A stretch of 63,045 bases of DNA, filler included, from a bacterium (lineage in GTDB: Bacteria > JACRDZ01 > JAQUKH01): NCBI GenBank assembly GCA_028719205.1. It is 6 parts of 6 records of this genome, joined end to end, with 100 filler letters (N's around TTAATTAATTAA, not from the genome) between each part and the next. Parts side by side here need not be neighbours in the genome. Positions count along the whole stretch, not along the records: positions 48,260 to 55,612 come from JAQUKH010000055.1; positions 55,713 to 63,045 come from JAQUKH010000056.1; 4 more parts are not named here. One strand, written 5' to 3'. The notes under the pieces were generated by a model. It worked only from the letters and a program-made list of their open reading frames with translations, had not been told where the DNA came from and made no database searches. A program made the position numbers and the translations under genes. Positions 48,731 to 59,791 of the stretch are shown piece by piece (the first letter of the stretch is position 1; the number at the start of each line of letters is the position of its first letter).

Positions 48731-49750
48731 TTATTGATTATTTTTTAATGAAGATTTATTTATGCATCCTTGTTGCTTAGCCTTTATTCTGAACCATTTC
48801 AGGTTATCAAAATGAAGGGTTTTAATACTATCCGACACAAGCTCCTTTACGGGCCCGAACCAATCACCTAAAAAATCATCTCCTGAAAGATCATCCCTGT
48901 CATAGACTCCTATCTTAAACTCATCATTCGGCGAAAAATGATATAAATAGACCGTATCCTTATCGAGATAATTGGTAGAATAGGTCGCTTCGCGTGAACG
49001 CCAGTAAGGAAAAGTAAAATCGCCTTCGCCCGAAGCAGGATAAAATATTTCCCAGTATATATCGGGATAGCCCAGCCTGAAAGAAAAATCCATCCCCACA
49101 GGCGAGAATTTGTCGTCGTTTCTCAGATCGAGACCTTCGCCATAAAGAGTGGTCAGATATATTTCAGGAATGTCCATAATAAATTTCACCTTTCCATAAA
49201 TATTATGATAAGGAGCCTCCAGGTCAACATTTACTTTCGACGTAGTGTCGAAATGCGAACCATAAAAAGCAGTGTTAAAAAGTTCCGCTTCAAAATGATG
49301 TTTCCCTGTTTTCAAGGAATGAAAAACGGTCAAAGGAAACTGTACTTCATCATGATATCCGGACGTAATGTTTTGTTTTCTGAAAGGAATGATAACCATA
49401 TTTGAATCGGGCGCAGTGTATAAAAAGCCAAGGTAACCCACTACTTTAGAGTCTATCAGGACGGGTTTTCCATCGCAGAATAATTTAAGAAAAAACCGCG
49501 TTTCAGTCAAGGTATCGCCATAAAAACTATCTACAGGCAACTTAATATTTTTGGTCAGTTTAAAATCGAGCGAAATAGTAAGCATTTCTTTGTATTCTGT
49601 TATCTTAACCCGGACGTTTTTGGTAGAAAAATAATTTGTGTTACCGGATAATTCGGTGTCTATCTGTTTTTCGTCTAACCTCCTGTCCCAGTCGCTAACA
49701 CAGCCTGTCAAAACATATATGAACAATGTTATAATACAGATATTTCTCAT
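48731..49750 (-). CDS. Lipoprotein with a C-terminal C2-like domain
   Basis: Lipobox LTGC; 'YPDIYWEI' and 'IGVYDRDDLSGDDFLG'. Confidence 0.6.
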   Translation of the reverse strand: MRNICIITLFIYVLTGCVSDWDRRLDEKQIDTELSGNTNYFSTKNVRVKITEYKEMLTISLDFKLTKNIKLPVDSFYGDTLTETRFFLKLFCDGKPVLIDSKVVGYLGFLYTAPDSNMVIIPFRKQNITSGYHDEVQFPLTVFHSLKTGKHHFEAELFNTAFYGSHFDTTSKVNVDLEAPYHNIYGKVKFIMDIPEIYLTTLYGEGLDLRNDDKFSPVGMDFSFRLGYPDIYWEIFYPASGEGDFTFPYWRSREATYSTNYLDKDTVYLYHFSPNDEFKIGVYDRDDLSGDDFLGDWFGPVKELVSDSIKTLHFDNLKWFRIKAKQQGCINKSSLKNNQ

Positions 49751-49752
49751 AA

Positions 49753-50775
49753 TCAGAATAGTGTTTTGTCGGAATTAAAAAAGGGAAGTCCTAAGTGTTT
49801 GTATGCAAATTCTGTTACTTCTCTGCCACGTGGAGTTCGCTTTAAGAACCCTTCCTGAATCAAAAACGGTTCATATACTTCCTCTATGGTACCGGCATCT
49901 TCACCAACCGCTGTGGAAATGGTATTAAGCCCTACAGGTCCTCCTTTGAATTTATTGATGATCGTCTGGAGAATTTTATTGTCCATTTCATCAAGACCGT
50001 ATTTGTCGATATTCAGGGCATCTAAAGCAAAACGGGCAATTTTAAGATTTACCATCCCGTCGCCCTTGACCTGTGCAAAATCGCGTACTCTGCGTAAAAG
50101 AGCGTTGGCTATTCGTGGGGTTCCCCGGCTTCGTCGTGCAATTTCATAGGATGCATTATCATCTACATCGACCTGTAATATACCAGCAGATCTTTTAATG
50201 ATCATGTCAAGAATTTCAGCGCCATAATATTCAAGATGCATACGTATACCAAATCGTTCACGAAGCGGGCTAGTAAGCAACCCTGAGCGGGTCGTTGCAC
50301 CAATAAGAGTGAAGGGATTGAGGGTAATCTGAATGGAACGTGCACTGGCGCCTTTATCAAGCATAATATCTATCCGGAAATCTTCCATGGCTGAGTATAA
50401 ATATTCCTCAACCACAGGACTAAGCCTATGAATTTCGTCGATGAACAACACATCTCCCTTTTCTAAATTTGTTAGGAGGCCGGCTAAATCGCCTGGCTTA
50501 TCGAGTACAGGGCCTGAAGTAACTTTTAATCCCGCCTCTAGTTCATTGGCAATAATGTTGGCAAGGGTAGTTTTCCCCAAACCCGGAGGACCGTGTAAAA
50601 GAACATGATCGAGTGAATCGCCGCGCATTTTTGCTGCCTGAACAAAGACCTTTAAATTTTCGACAACCTTTTCCTGTCCGAAAAAATTCTCGAACTCTAA
50701 AGGGCGGAGCTTCTGTTCAACCTCTTTCTCTTTGTCGTTATTAGTACCCTGGTCTCTTATATCGAAATCGCTCAT
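49753..50775 (-). CDS. ruvB: Holliday junction branch migration helicase
   Basis: [48 protein letters not shown]. Confidence 0.99.
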   Translation of the reverse strand: MSDFDIRDQGTNNDKEKEVEQKLRPLEFENFFGQEKVVENLKVFVQAAKMRGDSLDHVLLHGPPGLGKTTLANIIANELEAGLKVTSGPVLDKPGDLAGLLTNLEKGDVLFIDEIHRLSPVVEEYLYSAMEDFRIDIMLDKGASARSIQITLNPFTLIGATTRSGLLTSPLRERFGIRMHLEYYGAEILDMIIKRSAGILQVDVDDNASYEIARRSRGTPRIANALLRRVRDFAQVKGDGMVNLKIARFALDALNIDKYGLDEMDNKILQTIINKFKGGPVGLNTISTAVGEDAGTIEEVYEPFLIQEGFLKRTPRGREVTEFAYKHLGLPFFNSDKTLF

Positions 50776-50826
50776 GCAGCTAAACGGTCAAATATAGTAT
50801 CTTCAAAAGTAGGAATTTTTTATCAA

Positions 50827-51474
50827 TCAATCTTTTTTCCTTTTCGGAAAGACCGAACGATAAATATCACCAAGAAATATCTTTAACTTCAAAGAATAAA
50901 TAGGTGTGTTAAAATTTTCTTTAATGGCGGGATTGTCCTTCAACATTAGTTGATAGCCTAACCCGGCACCTATTCCGAACCATTTCAGAATTTTATACTG
51001 GCCTGAAATACTGGCCTCGTAGTTGATTATTACACTCCAGTTGTTTTTAAATTTTGCATCCCGGTAATGATATTCGTAATGAGTATTTCCTATTCCTATC
51101 TGAATAGGAATGCTGAATTCCCACCGCTTGTTTTTAAAAAATACATATTCTATGAAATAACTCATATAGCTCATTTTAAGACCTGAAATGACCGTGTCTA
51201 TAATAACTCCACTGCTATCAATATAAACCGGGCGCGTAAGCCTTGAATTTAATTGATTGTACCCTCCTCCTACTCTAAATTTATCGTTAAACTCCGCACC
51301 TACCTTAAAGCCTGTAATTCTCGAAGGTGAAGTTGCAGTAAAAGAATAACGATTATCGAGTCGAATGGAAAATTTTGGTTTTGATTTAATGGCTTCGCCA
51401 ATAGAATCAACAAACTGAGCTCTTAAGTTCAGGTTAAAAATACAAAGGATGATAAGGATAGCAAATACTTTCAC
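50827..51474 (-). CDS. Putative outer-membrane beta-barrel protein
   Basis: Signal peptide and amphipathic beta strands (WFGIGAGLGYQL). Confidence 0.55.
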   Translation of the reverse strand: MKVFAILIILCIFNLNLRAQFVDSIGEAIKSKPKFSIRLDNRYSFTATSPSRITGFKVGAEFNDKFRVGGGYNQLNSRLTRPVYIDSSGVIIDTVISGLKMSYMSYFIEYVFFKNKRWEFSIPIQIGIGNTHYEYHYRDAKFKNNWSVIINYEASISGQYKILKWFGIGAGLGYQLMLKDNPAIKENFNTPIYSLKLKIFLGDIYRSVFPKRKKD

Positions 51475-51482
51475 TGGGTTCT

Positions 51483-53045
51483 CTATTCTTTTATGCCCCT
51501 GGGAAGCTTAATTTTTACACCATTAAGTTTATATTCTTTATCGTTTCTATATGTGATGGTCAGGTATAATTCACCCTGCATATCATACTTGTACCAGTTT
51601 TTTTCGCGGACACCCATCGAATAGTACCCTTCTTCGCGAACATATCCGTTATCATAAAACCATTTCTGTTTTCCATCGAGTACGCCTTGGACATAATTTC
51701 CTTCAAAAGCTGTTTTTCCGTTTGAAAAAGTTTCTTTCCAAGGTCCGTTTTGCAAGCCTGCTTGGTAATTTCCTTCTTCGGTTATATCACCTACATGATA
51801 ATACCATGCACCCTCTCTTTCGCCATCTGAATATTCACCTTTCAGCAAAATACTTCCATCCTTATCATATTCAGTAAAAGTACCTTCTTCTTTTCCCCTG
51901 TCCATGTTTTCTTCACGCCAGGTTTTACCATTATCGTAATACCATATCCATAACCCGGAGGGCTTATCTTTACTGTATTTTCCTTTTTGCTCAATCTTGC
52001 CGCTGGTATAATAAAAAACCCATTCGCCAGTCCTAGCATCGTTGGTATAAGTACCTTGAGCCTTTAGCTCGCCCGTTTCGTAGTAATATTTCCAAATTCC
52101 CTGTTTTTTATCGTTTTCGTCTATAGCTCCCTCGCCCGACAATATTCCTGTTTCGTTATATTCCTTTGCCATGATAACTGATCCGTCACGGGGATATTCT
52201 TTATGTATTCCTACAGGAACACCTTCTTTATATCCGCCAAGAAACTTTAATTTGCCGTTGTCATAATAATCTTCGACCCACTTTACCGGATTTTCTTCTT
52301 CGCTTATACTATCGGTTAACAAGGTACCATGTAAATACTTTACAAGTTTTGTCAGTTTTCCGGATGCGTCAAATTCTTTATAAAAACCGCTTAACGTATC
52401 GTTCAGATAATTTGATTCTATGGCCAGTTTATTGTTAGGGTGAAAGGTTTTCCATACACCTTGTTTAAGCCCGATGTTATCAACCTGATTGATTCTTTCC
52501 CGGTTAATAATATAATCATTACTGTACTCTGTTATGGCAATAATTTTTCCGTTCTTATCAAATTCCTTGGCCATTCCGTGTTTTTTTCCGTCCTTATAAA
52601 GGACCGATTTAACCAGAACACCTTTTTCATAATAATAAGATGTTCCTTGCTTTACATCATTCAGGTAAAGTTCTTTGGAAACAAGCCCGCCACTTGTTTT
52701 ATTATTATCATACGTATATTCGTAAGTATACATGTATCCGTTCTTTTTCCCGTTCTTATAATCTATCTTCTGAAGTGTATCTCCATGCTCATTATAAAAT
52801 ATCCAGAGGCTGTCAAGTTCAAAATTAAAGCGGTTTCCTTCCGCTTTTACAAGGCCGCTGGGATAATAAGTTTTCCAGAAACCATCCGGTTTTCCATTAC
52901 GCATGTTCCCTTCGCTTGAGATTTTTCCATTTTCGTAATAAAAGATATTATAGCCGTTAGGATTGACCTTATTGGGTTGAGCCAAAACAAAATTAACGGA
53001 TACAAAAATTAACAGACCTATAATGGCTACTGTCTTTACCATCAT
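51483..53045 (-). CDS. Secreted MORN-variant repeat (YwqK-like) protein
   Basis: Many 'G.W..YY.NG....EG.Y..G' repeats; signal peptide. Confidence 0.9.
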   Translation of the reverse strand: MMVKTVAIIGLLIFVSVNFVLAQPNKVNPNGYNIFYYENGKISSEGNMRNGKPDGFWKTYYPSGLVKAEGNRFNFELDSLWIFYNEHGDTLQKIDYKNGKKNGYMYTYEYTYDNNKTSGGLVSKELYLNDVKQGTSYYYEKGVLVKSVLYKDGKKHGMAKEFDKNGKIIAITEYSNDYIINRERINQVDNIGLKQGVWKTFHPNNKLAIESNYLNDTLSGFYKEFDASGKLTKLVKYLHGTLLTDSISEEENPVKWVEDYYDNGKLKFLGGYKEGVPVGIHKEYPRDGSVIMAKEYNETGILSGEGAIDENDKKQGIWKYYYETGELKAQGTYTNDARTGEWVFYYTSGKIEQKGKYSKDKPSGLWIWYYDNGKTWREENMDRGKEEGTFTEYDKDGSILLKGEYSDGEREGAWYYHVGDITEEGNYQAGLQNGPWKETFSNGKTAFEGNYVQGVLDGKQKWFYDNGYVREEGYYSMGVREKNWYKYDMQGELYLTITYRNDKEYKLNGVKIKLPRGIKE

Positions 53046-53093
53046 CTCAAGTTTAAGGCAAAGATAAATATTGTTTTAAGGAAAAATAAGAAA

Positions 53094-54074
53094 TTATTTA
53101 CCGTATGATATTTCAAGCATTCTTTTTATTGGTTTTTCAGCTTTCTTTATGAGCTCTTCAGGAAGAACGATCTCAGGTTGTTCATATTTCAGTGCTATAT
53201 AGATTTTTTTCAAGGTTGTTAATTTCATAAAATTACAGTCATTGCAACCACAGGTAGAATCTAAAGGTGGAGCTGGTATAAAAATTTTTGAAGGAGAAGA
53301 TTTTTGCATCTGGTGAATAATTCCTGATTCGGTAGCAATAATATATTTTTTTGACGAATCTTTTGAACTGTATTCTAATAAGGCAGCGGTTGATCCTATA
53401 AAGTCAGATATAATTAATACTGGTTTCTGGCATTCGGGGTGTGAAATTATTTTTGCATCGGGATTTTCTTTTTTTAACTCTATTATCTTCTCGACCGAAA
53501 ATTGTTCGTGAACATGACAGGCACCTTCCCAAATCACCATATCTCTTCCTGTTTTGCTATTAATGTAGTTACCCAGATTACGATCAGGAGCAAATATGAT
53601 CTTTTGATCTTTTGGAAAATTTTCTACAATTTTTATAGCATTCGAAGAAGTACAAATTACGTCTGATAAAGCCTTAATATCAGCTGTTGTGTTAATGTAA
53701 GTAATAACAATATGCTTAGGGTATTTTTTTTTGAATTCAGTAAAGTCATCCGCTTTAATTGAATCTGCCAATGAACAACCTGACTTTAAATCGGGAACCA
53801 AAACCTTTTTTAAAGGTGATAATATTTTGGCTGTTTCGGCCATAAAATTAACACCGGCAAATAAAATTATATTTGCATTATTATCTGATGCTCTTTGCGA
53901 CAATTGCAGGCTATCCCCAACAAAATCTGCTATATCCTGAACTTCTCCATTTTGATAATAATGTGCCAGTAAAATGGCATTCTTTTGTTTTTTCAGGATC
54001 TCTATTTCCTTTTTAATATCCAGACCTGAATCAATAGCAATATCTAAATATCCTTTTTCTTCAATTTCCTTCAT
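53094..54074 (-). CDS. nadA: Quinolinate synthase
   Basis: LAHYYQ, GDSL, FMAETAKIL, GCSLAD, YINT, CHVH, HPEC, CNFMK. Confidence 0.98.
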   Translation of the reverse strand: MKEIEEKGYLDIAIDSGLDIKKEIEILKKQKNAILLAHYYQNGEVQDIADFVGDSLQLSQRASDNNANIILFAGVNFMAETAKILSPLKKVLVPDLKSGCSLADSIKADDFTEFKKKYPKHIVITYINTTADIKALSDVICTSSNAIKIVENFPKDQKIIFAPDRNLGNYINSKTGRDMVIWEGACHVHEQFSVEKIIELKKENPDAKIISHPECQKPVLIISDFIGSTAALLEYSSKDSSKKYIIATESGIIHQMQKSSPSKIFIPAPPLDSTCGCNDCNFMKLTTLKKIYIALKYEQPEIVLPEELIKKAEKPIKRMLEISYGK

Positions 54075-54721
54075 TCCTGTTTTATTTCAAAACAAAGGTA
54101 AAACCGAATTATGTAAACTCCTACTTAAATAAAGGTAAAAAATGTAAACTATCTATATTATTTATATTATAAATTATATTAAAAAATTTTTGATGATAAT
54201 AATGATCGGTTAGTATGGTTAATTTTTTTATGATATAAATATTGTTTTTTATGAAATTGAAATTATAATAACATTGAATAAACAATAAATAGTACGTTAA
54301 ATCAGGTGTTTGAATAGAATAATTAACAGTGTTTATAACATGAATTGACAGATAAAACTTAATAAAATTTTTAGGTGTTTTTGTTTGTCGGTGTGTTTAT
54401 TCATTTATTTATTTTTTGTCAAAATTATTTTTAAAATCAAAAAACTGCCTTATGAAATTGGAAAAAATGAAACTCAAATAAACTTTCCACTTTAAATGAA
54501 ATTTTATTTAGAAACGATTAACATTTTTTATTTTTTTTAAATAAACTGACACTAAGCACTAAAAAATTTTAAATATATATAAGTTTTTAATTATAAATAT
54601 TTTAACAATGTTGAAAAATATTAATCAGAAAAGTGTAAAAAATATTTGCTCAGTAAAAAGAAATTTTTTATGGGGAACTTTAATGATAAAAAAATACCTT
54701 TGAAAAAAATAAAAGATCACT
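54075..54721. other. Candidate chromosomal replication origin (oriC)
   Basis: About 650 bp, ORF-free and extremely AT-rich; AT stretch plus trinucleotide run GATGATAATAATGAT (54192-206); DnaA-box-like 9-mers at 54320, 54330, 54483, 54599 and 54609. Confidence 0.5.
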
Positions 54722-55156
54722 ATGAAAATATCTATCGGTTGCGATCATGCCGGCTTTGAATTAAAACAAAAAATACTTAAGAGCCCAGTCATACATAAGT
54801 TTGATGTATCCGACGAAGGATGCTTTAGCTCTGAAAGTGTCGATTATCCTGACTTTGCGCATAAGGTAGGAAAAAAAGTAAATGATAAAGTAGTTGATTT
54901 TGGTATAGTGATTTGTGGTAGCGGAAACGGAGTAAATATGGTGGTAAATAAATACTCAAAAGTCCGCTCTGCACTTTGCTGGACAAAAGAAATAGCAGAA
55001 CTGGCACGACTTCATAACAATGCAAATATATGTGCTATTCCTGCCCGTTTTATTTCTGAAGAAATAGCTATAAATATTGTTGATACCTTTTTAAATACTG
55101 GTTTTGAAGGGGGGCGTCACCTAAATAGAATTAATAAAATTCCAATTAGTCAATAA
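54722..55156 (+). CDS. rpiB: Ribose-5-phosphate isomerase B
   Basis: GCDHAG, VDYPD, ICGSGNG, ARLHNNAN, FEGGRH. Confidence 0.97.
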   Translation: MKISIGCDHAGFELKQKILKSPVIHKFDVSDEGCFSSESVDYPDFAHKVGKKVNDKVVDFGIVICGSGNGVNMVVNKYSKVRSALCWTKEIAELARLHNNANICAIPARFISEEIAINIVDTFLNTGFEGGRHLNRINKIPISQ

Positions 55157-55304
55157 TATAGCCTTATAACATGTTTTTAAATTTATCCTTGTGTTTGATA
55201 AGGCAAACTTTATCACTACCTTTGTAGGTTCTATAGCTAATTCTTTTCAGAAAATTTCTTAAGGTTTTAGTGTCTAGAAAAATCAGTTTTACTTGTAAAT
55301 ACGT

Positions 55305-55612
55305 ATGATAACAAGAACAGAACCTCATACTTTTCATATTCCGGTGATGGGAATAGGCTATTCCATTGATAGTCCTGTTCGTGTTGCAAAGTATGGTATT
55401 AATTCTGTTATCTCTTTGGTAGATGATGGTATTATTGAAAAAATGCGTCAACTCTATTGTGTAAAGCTTAATATTCCTTACGACCATATCCCTTCTAATT
55501 CTGAAGATTATCGTGCACGCCGTATCACAGCATATCTTAACCTGATTGATTTACTGGTAAAAGAATCATTCGAGGAATTAAAAAATTCGATTGATAGTAA
55601 AACCAAAGAATG
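55305..55612 (+). CDS. Conserved hypothetical protein, N-terminal part
   Basis: HTFHIPVMGIGYSIDSP...ISLVDD...RARRITAYLN, a conserved N-terminus I associate with Bacteroidota hypotheticals; cut by the contig end. Confidence 0.7.
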
Positions 55613-55712
55613 NNNNNNNNNNNNNNNNNNNNNNNNNNNNNNNNNNNNNNNNNNNNTTAATTAATTAANNNNNNNNNNNNNNNNNNNNNNNNNNNNNNNN
55701 NNNNNNNNNNNN
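55613..55712. other. Artificial contig-joining spacer
   Basis: N run with TTAATTAATTAA. Confidence 0.98.
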
Positions 55713-55965
55713 CTTTTTTCGGCAGGCACTGGATCAGGGTTATTTCCTGATCAGATCGTATTTTTTCCCTGTCAATAATTCTCGCCTCAATATGTTTACC
55801 GAGAACGGACATTATTTTTACCTTAAATTTCTCCCTGTTATTGGAAACAAAAATCTCCTCACCGGCCGAACATCGAAGAACATGAGCTAAATGGTGGAAA
55901 TTGTCGCCGGATATTTTAACATTATCTCCGTCTAAGTCATTTTCATCAATAAAATATACCGGCAT
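55713..55965 (-). CDS. rsmE: 16S rRNA m3U1498 methyltransferase (partial)
   Basis: HHLAHVLR, ITLIQCLPK; usual position after dnaJ. Confidence 0.9.
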
Positions 55966-55984
55966 TATTTTCCTTAATACTATT

Positions 55985-57175
55985 TTATGAAAATAAATTC
56001 TTCACTTTTCTGAAAAAATCCTTTACCTGCGGGAAAGTGCTGTCATCTTCTGTCGCCGCGAATTCTTTTAAAAGGTCTTTCTGTTTTGAAGTTAATTTTG
56101 ATGGTACCTCGACAATTATCCGGACCAGCAGGTCTCCTCTGCCGTATCCGTGAAGATGCTGAATGCCTTTTCCTTTAAGGACAAGTGTTTTATGGCTTTG
56201 GGTTGCGGAAGGAATTTTTAATAAGATCTTACCCTCCAATGTCGGAACTTCAATCTCACCTCCCAATGCCGCAGTTACAAAACTGATAGGCACACTACAG
56301 ACTATATCATCATTATTACGTTCAAAAAAATCGTGTTTTTTCTCATCGATAATAACTATTATATCACCCGAAGGGCCTCCTCTAGGGCCGATATTACCCT
56401 TGCCGCGGAGCGGAATATAATTGCCTTCCATCACTCCGGCCGGAATATTGACGGTAATAGTTGATTCACCGCTTACACGTCCCTGTCCTTTACATTGCGT
56501 ACATGGTTTTTGGATGATCTTTCCCTCACCATAGCATTTAGGACAAGCGCTAATGCTTATCGATTGGCCAAAAATACTTCTTGTAACCTGCCGAACCTCT
56601 CCCTTACCATGGCATGTCGGACAAGTAACCGAATCAGCGCCTTTTTCAGCTCCGCTTCCACTACATCTGTCACACTTCTGAAGACGGTCTAATTTAATGG
56701 TCTTTTCTACTCCCTTAGCAATTTCCTCAAGGGTAAGTTTTAATTTTATATGTATATCCGAACCTGTCTGTTTAGCGGACTGCCTGCCGTCTCTTCTTCC
56801 TTCTCCAAAAAACTCATCAAACCCGCCTCCGCCAAAACTATAACCGCCACCACCGCCGCCGCCAAATGCCTCCGCGAAAGCTCGAAGCGCCTCGGAGAGA
56901 TCAACATTCTGCCATTGCTGCCCCTGGCCAAATCCGCCCATTCCGCCCGCGGCGCCTTCATGCCCGAATTGGTCATACGCGCTCCTTCTTTGAGGAACTG
57001 ACAGAACCTCATAGGCTTCAGCTACTTCCTTAAATTTTCCCTCGGCATCCTTATTGCCGGGATTATTATCAGGATGATATTTCAAGGCCAATGACCGGTA
57101 AGCTTTTTTAATTTCATCAACCGACGCATCTCTTTTAATTCCCAAAACCTCGTAGTAATCTCTTTTTGCGGCCAT
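55985..57175 (-). CDS. dnaJ: Chaperone DnaJ
   Basis: J domain with HPD, G/F region, four CxxCxGxG motifs. Confidence 0.99.
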   Translation of the reverse strand: MAAKRDYYEVLGIKRDASVDEIKKAYRSLALKYHPDNNPGNKDAEGKFKEVAEAYEVLSVPQRRSAYDQFGHEGAAGGMGGFGQGQQWQNVDLSEALRAFAEAFGGGGGGGYSFGGGGFDEFFGEGRRDGRQSAKQTGSDIHIKLKLTLEEIAKGVEKTIKLDRLQKCDRCSGSGAEKGADSVTCPTCHGKGEVRQVTRSIFGQSISISACPKCYGEGKIIQKPCTQCKGQGRVSGESTITVNIPAGVMEGNYIPLRGKGNIGPRGGPSGDIIVIIDEKKHDFFERNNDDIVCSVPISFVTAALGGEIEVPTLEGKILLKIPSATQSHKTLVLKGKGIQHLHGYGRGDLLVRIIVEVPSKLTSKQKDLLKEFAATEDDSTFPQVKDFFRKVKNLFS

Positions 57176-57193
57176 TTTCCCCCACTATTTTAG

Positions 57194-59164
57194 TTATTTC
57201 TTTTTATCTTTCTTTTTATCTTCATCCACAACTTCGTAATCAGCTTCAACAGCCTCTTCTTTTTTCGCGCCGTTACCTTCTTCACCCGCCCCGGTTGTTC
57301 CGCCCTCTTCGCCCGCGCCAAAACCGCCGGCCGCGCCTGCCCCAAAATCACCTGTACCCGGGCCTGAGGCTCCCGCACCTCCCGCCTGCTGTTTTTTAGC
57401 GGCTTCCGCGTAAACTACTTCAGCAAGTTTATGAGCGGACTTCATCAATTCATCCAACGCGGATCTAATAGCCTTTACATCCTCTCCCTGGGTAACCTTC
57501 TTCAATTCTTCAAGCTTACCATTAATATCCTGTTTAACCGCGTCATCAACTTTATCACCATAATCTTTTAATGATTTTTCAGTATTATAGATCAGGCTGT
57601 CTGCTTCATTTTTTGCCTCGATCAATTCTTTTCTATTCTTATCTTCGTCAGCAAACCTCTCTGACTCCTTGATCATTTTATCAATGTCTTCCTTTGCCAA
57701 TTTCGTCGGCGCGGTTATCCTGATACTCTGTTCCTTTTTAGTACCCAAGTCTTTTGCCATAACATGCAAAATACCGTTCGCGTCTATATCAAAGGTAACC
57801 TCTATTTGAGGCAAACCCCGCGGTGCTGCCGGTATCCCTACAAGTTCAAACCGTCCAAGTTCGGTATTATCCTTTGCCAACTGCCGCTCACCCTGAAAAA
57901 CACGGATATCCACCGCAGGTTGATTATCGGCCGCTGTAGAAAATACCTGGCTCTTTTTTGTGGGAATAGTGGTATTGCGTTCAATTAGTTTTGTAAAAAT
58001 TCCGCCTAACGTTTCTATCCCCAGAGAAAGCGGTGTAACATCCAGAAGAGTAATATGCTTTACCTCTCCCTGCAAAACTCCAGCCTGAATAGCAGCCCCC
58101 ATTGCCACGCATTCCATCGGATCAACACCATGCTCAATCTTTTTACCGCATAGATCCTCAACAAATTTCTGGACTATCGGCATCCGGGTCGGGCCGCCTA
58201 CTAAAATAATTTTGTGAATATCGTTAGAAGTCAATTTTCCGTCGGATAACGCCTGTTCAACAGGTTTCCGGCATTTATTAATGATCGGCAAAACCAACTG
58301 TTCCAGTTTCGCGCGGGTAAATTTCATCTGCATATGTTTCGGCCCCTGCGCGTCCGCTGTAATAAAAGGAAGATTTATCTCGGTTTCCAGGGTCCCTGAA
58401 AGCTCGATCTTTGCCTTTTCCCCTGCCTCGCGTAATCTCTGAGCGGACATTTTGTCGTTTCTTAAGTCTATTCCATGTTCTCTTTTGAATTCACTCGCGA
58501 GATAATCAATTATGGCATTGTCCATATCCGTTCCGCCCAATTGTGTATCACCGCTTGTGGAAATTACCTCAAATCCGCTCTTTTTTGAAGCCGCGTCATA
58601 CCACATATCCATGATCGTAACATCCAGGGTCCCGCCGCCCAGATCAAAAACAAGAATCTTATGCTCTTTTTCAGCCTTATCAAGCCCATAGGCAAGACAA
58701 GCCGCTGTCGGTTCGTTAATGATCCTTAAAACCTCAAGGCCCGCGATCGTCCCGGCGTCTTTTGTCGCCTGTCTCTGGTTATCGTTAAAATACGCGGGCA
58801 CTGTAATAACAGCCTGGGTTACCTTATCACCCAAAAATGACTCCGCGTCTTGTTTTACCTTTTGAAGAATAAAGGCTGATATCTGCTGAGGAGTATATTC
58901 CTTCCCATAAATTTTAACCTTGTAATCCGTACCCATTTTTCTTTTTATAGCCTGAACAGTTCCCTCAATATTTGAAACTGCCTGACGCCTCGCGGGTTCG
59001 CCTACCAGTTTTTGCCCGTCTTTTGTAAAAGCCACATAAGATGGAAACGCCTTGCCTCCGACTGTCGCTCCTTCGGCTGAAGGTATAATTGTCGGTTTCC
59101 CGCCTTCTAAAACCGCCGCCGCTGAATTTGAAGTACCCAGATCAATTCCGATTATTTTACTCAT
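57194..59164 (-). CDS. dnaK: Chaperone DnaK (Hsp70)
   Basis: [42 protein letters not shown]. Confidence 0.99.
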   Translation of the reverse strand: MSKIIGIDLGTSNSAAAVLEGGKPTIIPSAEGATVGGKAFPSYVAFTKDGQKLVGEPARRQAVSNIEGTVQAIKRKMGTDYKVKIYGKEYTPQQISAFILQKVKQDAESFLGDKVTQAVITVPAYFNDNQRQATKDAGTIAGLEVLRIINEPTAACLAYGLDKAEKEHKILVFDLGGGTLDVTIMDMWYDAASKKSGFEVISTSGDTQLGGTDMDNAIIDYLASEFKREHGIDLRNDKMSAQRLREAGEKAKIELSGTLETEINLPFITADAQGPKHMQMKFTRAKLEQLVLPIINKCRKPVEQALSDGKLTSNDIHKIILVGGPTRMPIVQKFVEDLCGKKIEHGVDPMECVAMGAAIQAGVLQGEVKHITLLDVTPLSLGIETLGGIFTKLIERNTTIPTKKSQVFSTAADNQPAVDIRVFQGERQLAKDNTELGRFELVGIPAAPRGLPQIEVTFDIDANGILHVMAKDLGTKKEQSIRITAPTKLAKEDIDKMIKESERFADEDKNRKELIEAKNEADSLIYNTEKSLKDYGDKVDDAVKQDINGKLEELKKVTQGEDVKAIRSALDELMKSAHKLAEVVYAEAAKKQQAGGAGASGPGTGDFGAGAAGGFGAGEEGGTTGAGEEGNGAKKEEAVEADYEVVDEDKKKDKKK

Positions 59165-59191
59165 ATTTTCCTCCTGTCTTTTTTTGTTAAT

Positions 59192-59791
59192 TTATTTTTT
59201 TAAGTTTTCCTGATCTTTGTTATTTTTAACCTGCCTTATTCCTACTTTTACCATTGCTGGACGCAAAACCTTTTCATTCATCATATAACCTTTTCTAATT
59301 ACTCCAACTACAACCTCTTCCTCATTTCCATCACCCGGTTCGTGGCTTATAACCTCATGCTGATGCGGGTCAATTTTTGAACCTTCAGCCTTAATTTCAA
59401 CCACACCCTCTTTCTCCAGTATCTTTTTTAATTCTTTATATATCATATCCACGCCCTTGTGGAAATTATCAAAATCCTTGTTTTTCTCCGCCGCGCCTAA
59501 CGCGAGCTCAAAATTATCGATCATCAAAAAAAGTTCTTTTATCAACGCCTCCTGAGAAAACCTGAAGATCTCCGCCTTTTCCCGCTCGCTTCTTTTTCTG
59601 AAATTTTCGAATTCAGCGCGCAAACGCAACAAGGAATCACTGCATTCCGTGAAAAGCTTCGACTTTTCCTCTAATTCCTTTTTGATCTTTTCGAATTCTC
59701 CGGCTTCTTCTTTTTGCGATTTTATTTCAGCTTTTTCAGTTTCTTTTACAATTTCTTCTTTTTTATCATTATTACTTTTTTCCTCTTTCAC
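59192..59791 (-). CDS. grpE: Nucleotide exchange factor GrpE
   Basis: LRLRAEFENFRKR, DPHQHE, GY...VLRPAMVKV. Confidence 0.97.
   Translation of the reverse strand: MKEEKSNNDKKEEIVKETEKAEIKSQKEEAGEFEKIKKELEEKSKLFTECSDSLLRLRAEFENFRKRSEREKAEIFRFSQEALIKELFLMIDNFELALGAAEKNKDFDNFHKGVDMIYKELKKILEKEGVVEIKAEGSKIDPHQHEVISHEPGDGNEEEVVVGVIRKGYMMNEKVLRPAMVKVGIRQVKNNKDQENLKK

Noticed and set aside
51483-53045. Toxin-antitoxin system (YwqK antitoxin)
   Set aside because: Generic secreted MORN-repeat protein with no adjacent toxin.
13126-55712. Recurrent TTAATTAATTAA within N runs, and ORFs extending into Ns
   Set aside because: Artificial contig linker. It is not a biological repeat, and cross-gap neighbourhoods (e.g. 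gltD next to cas9) are meaningless.
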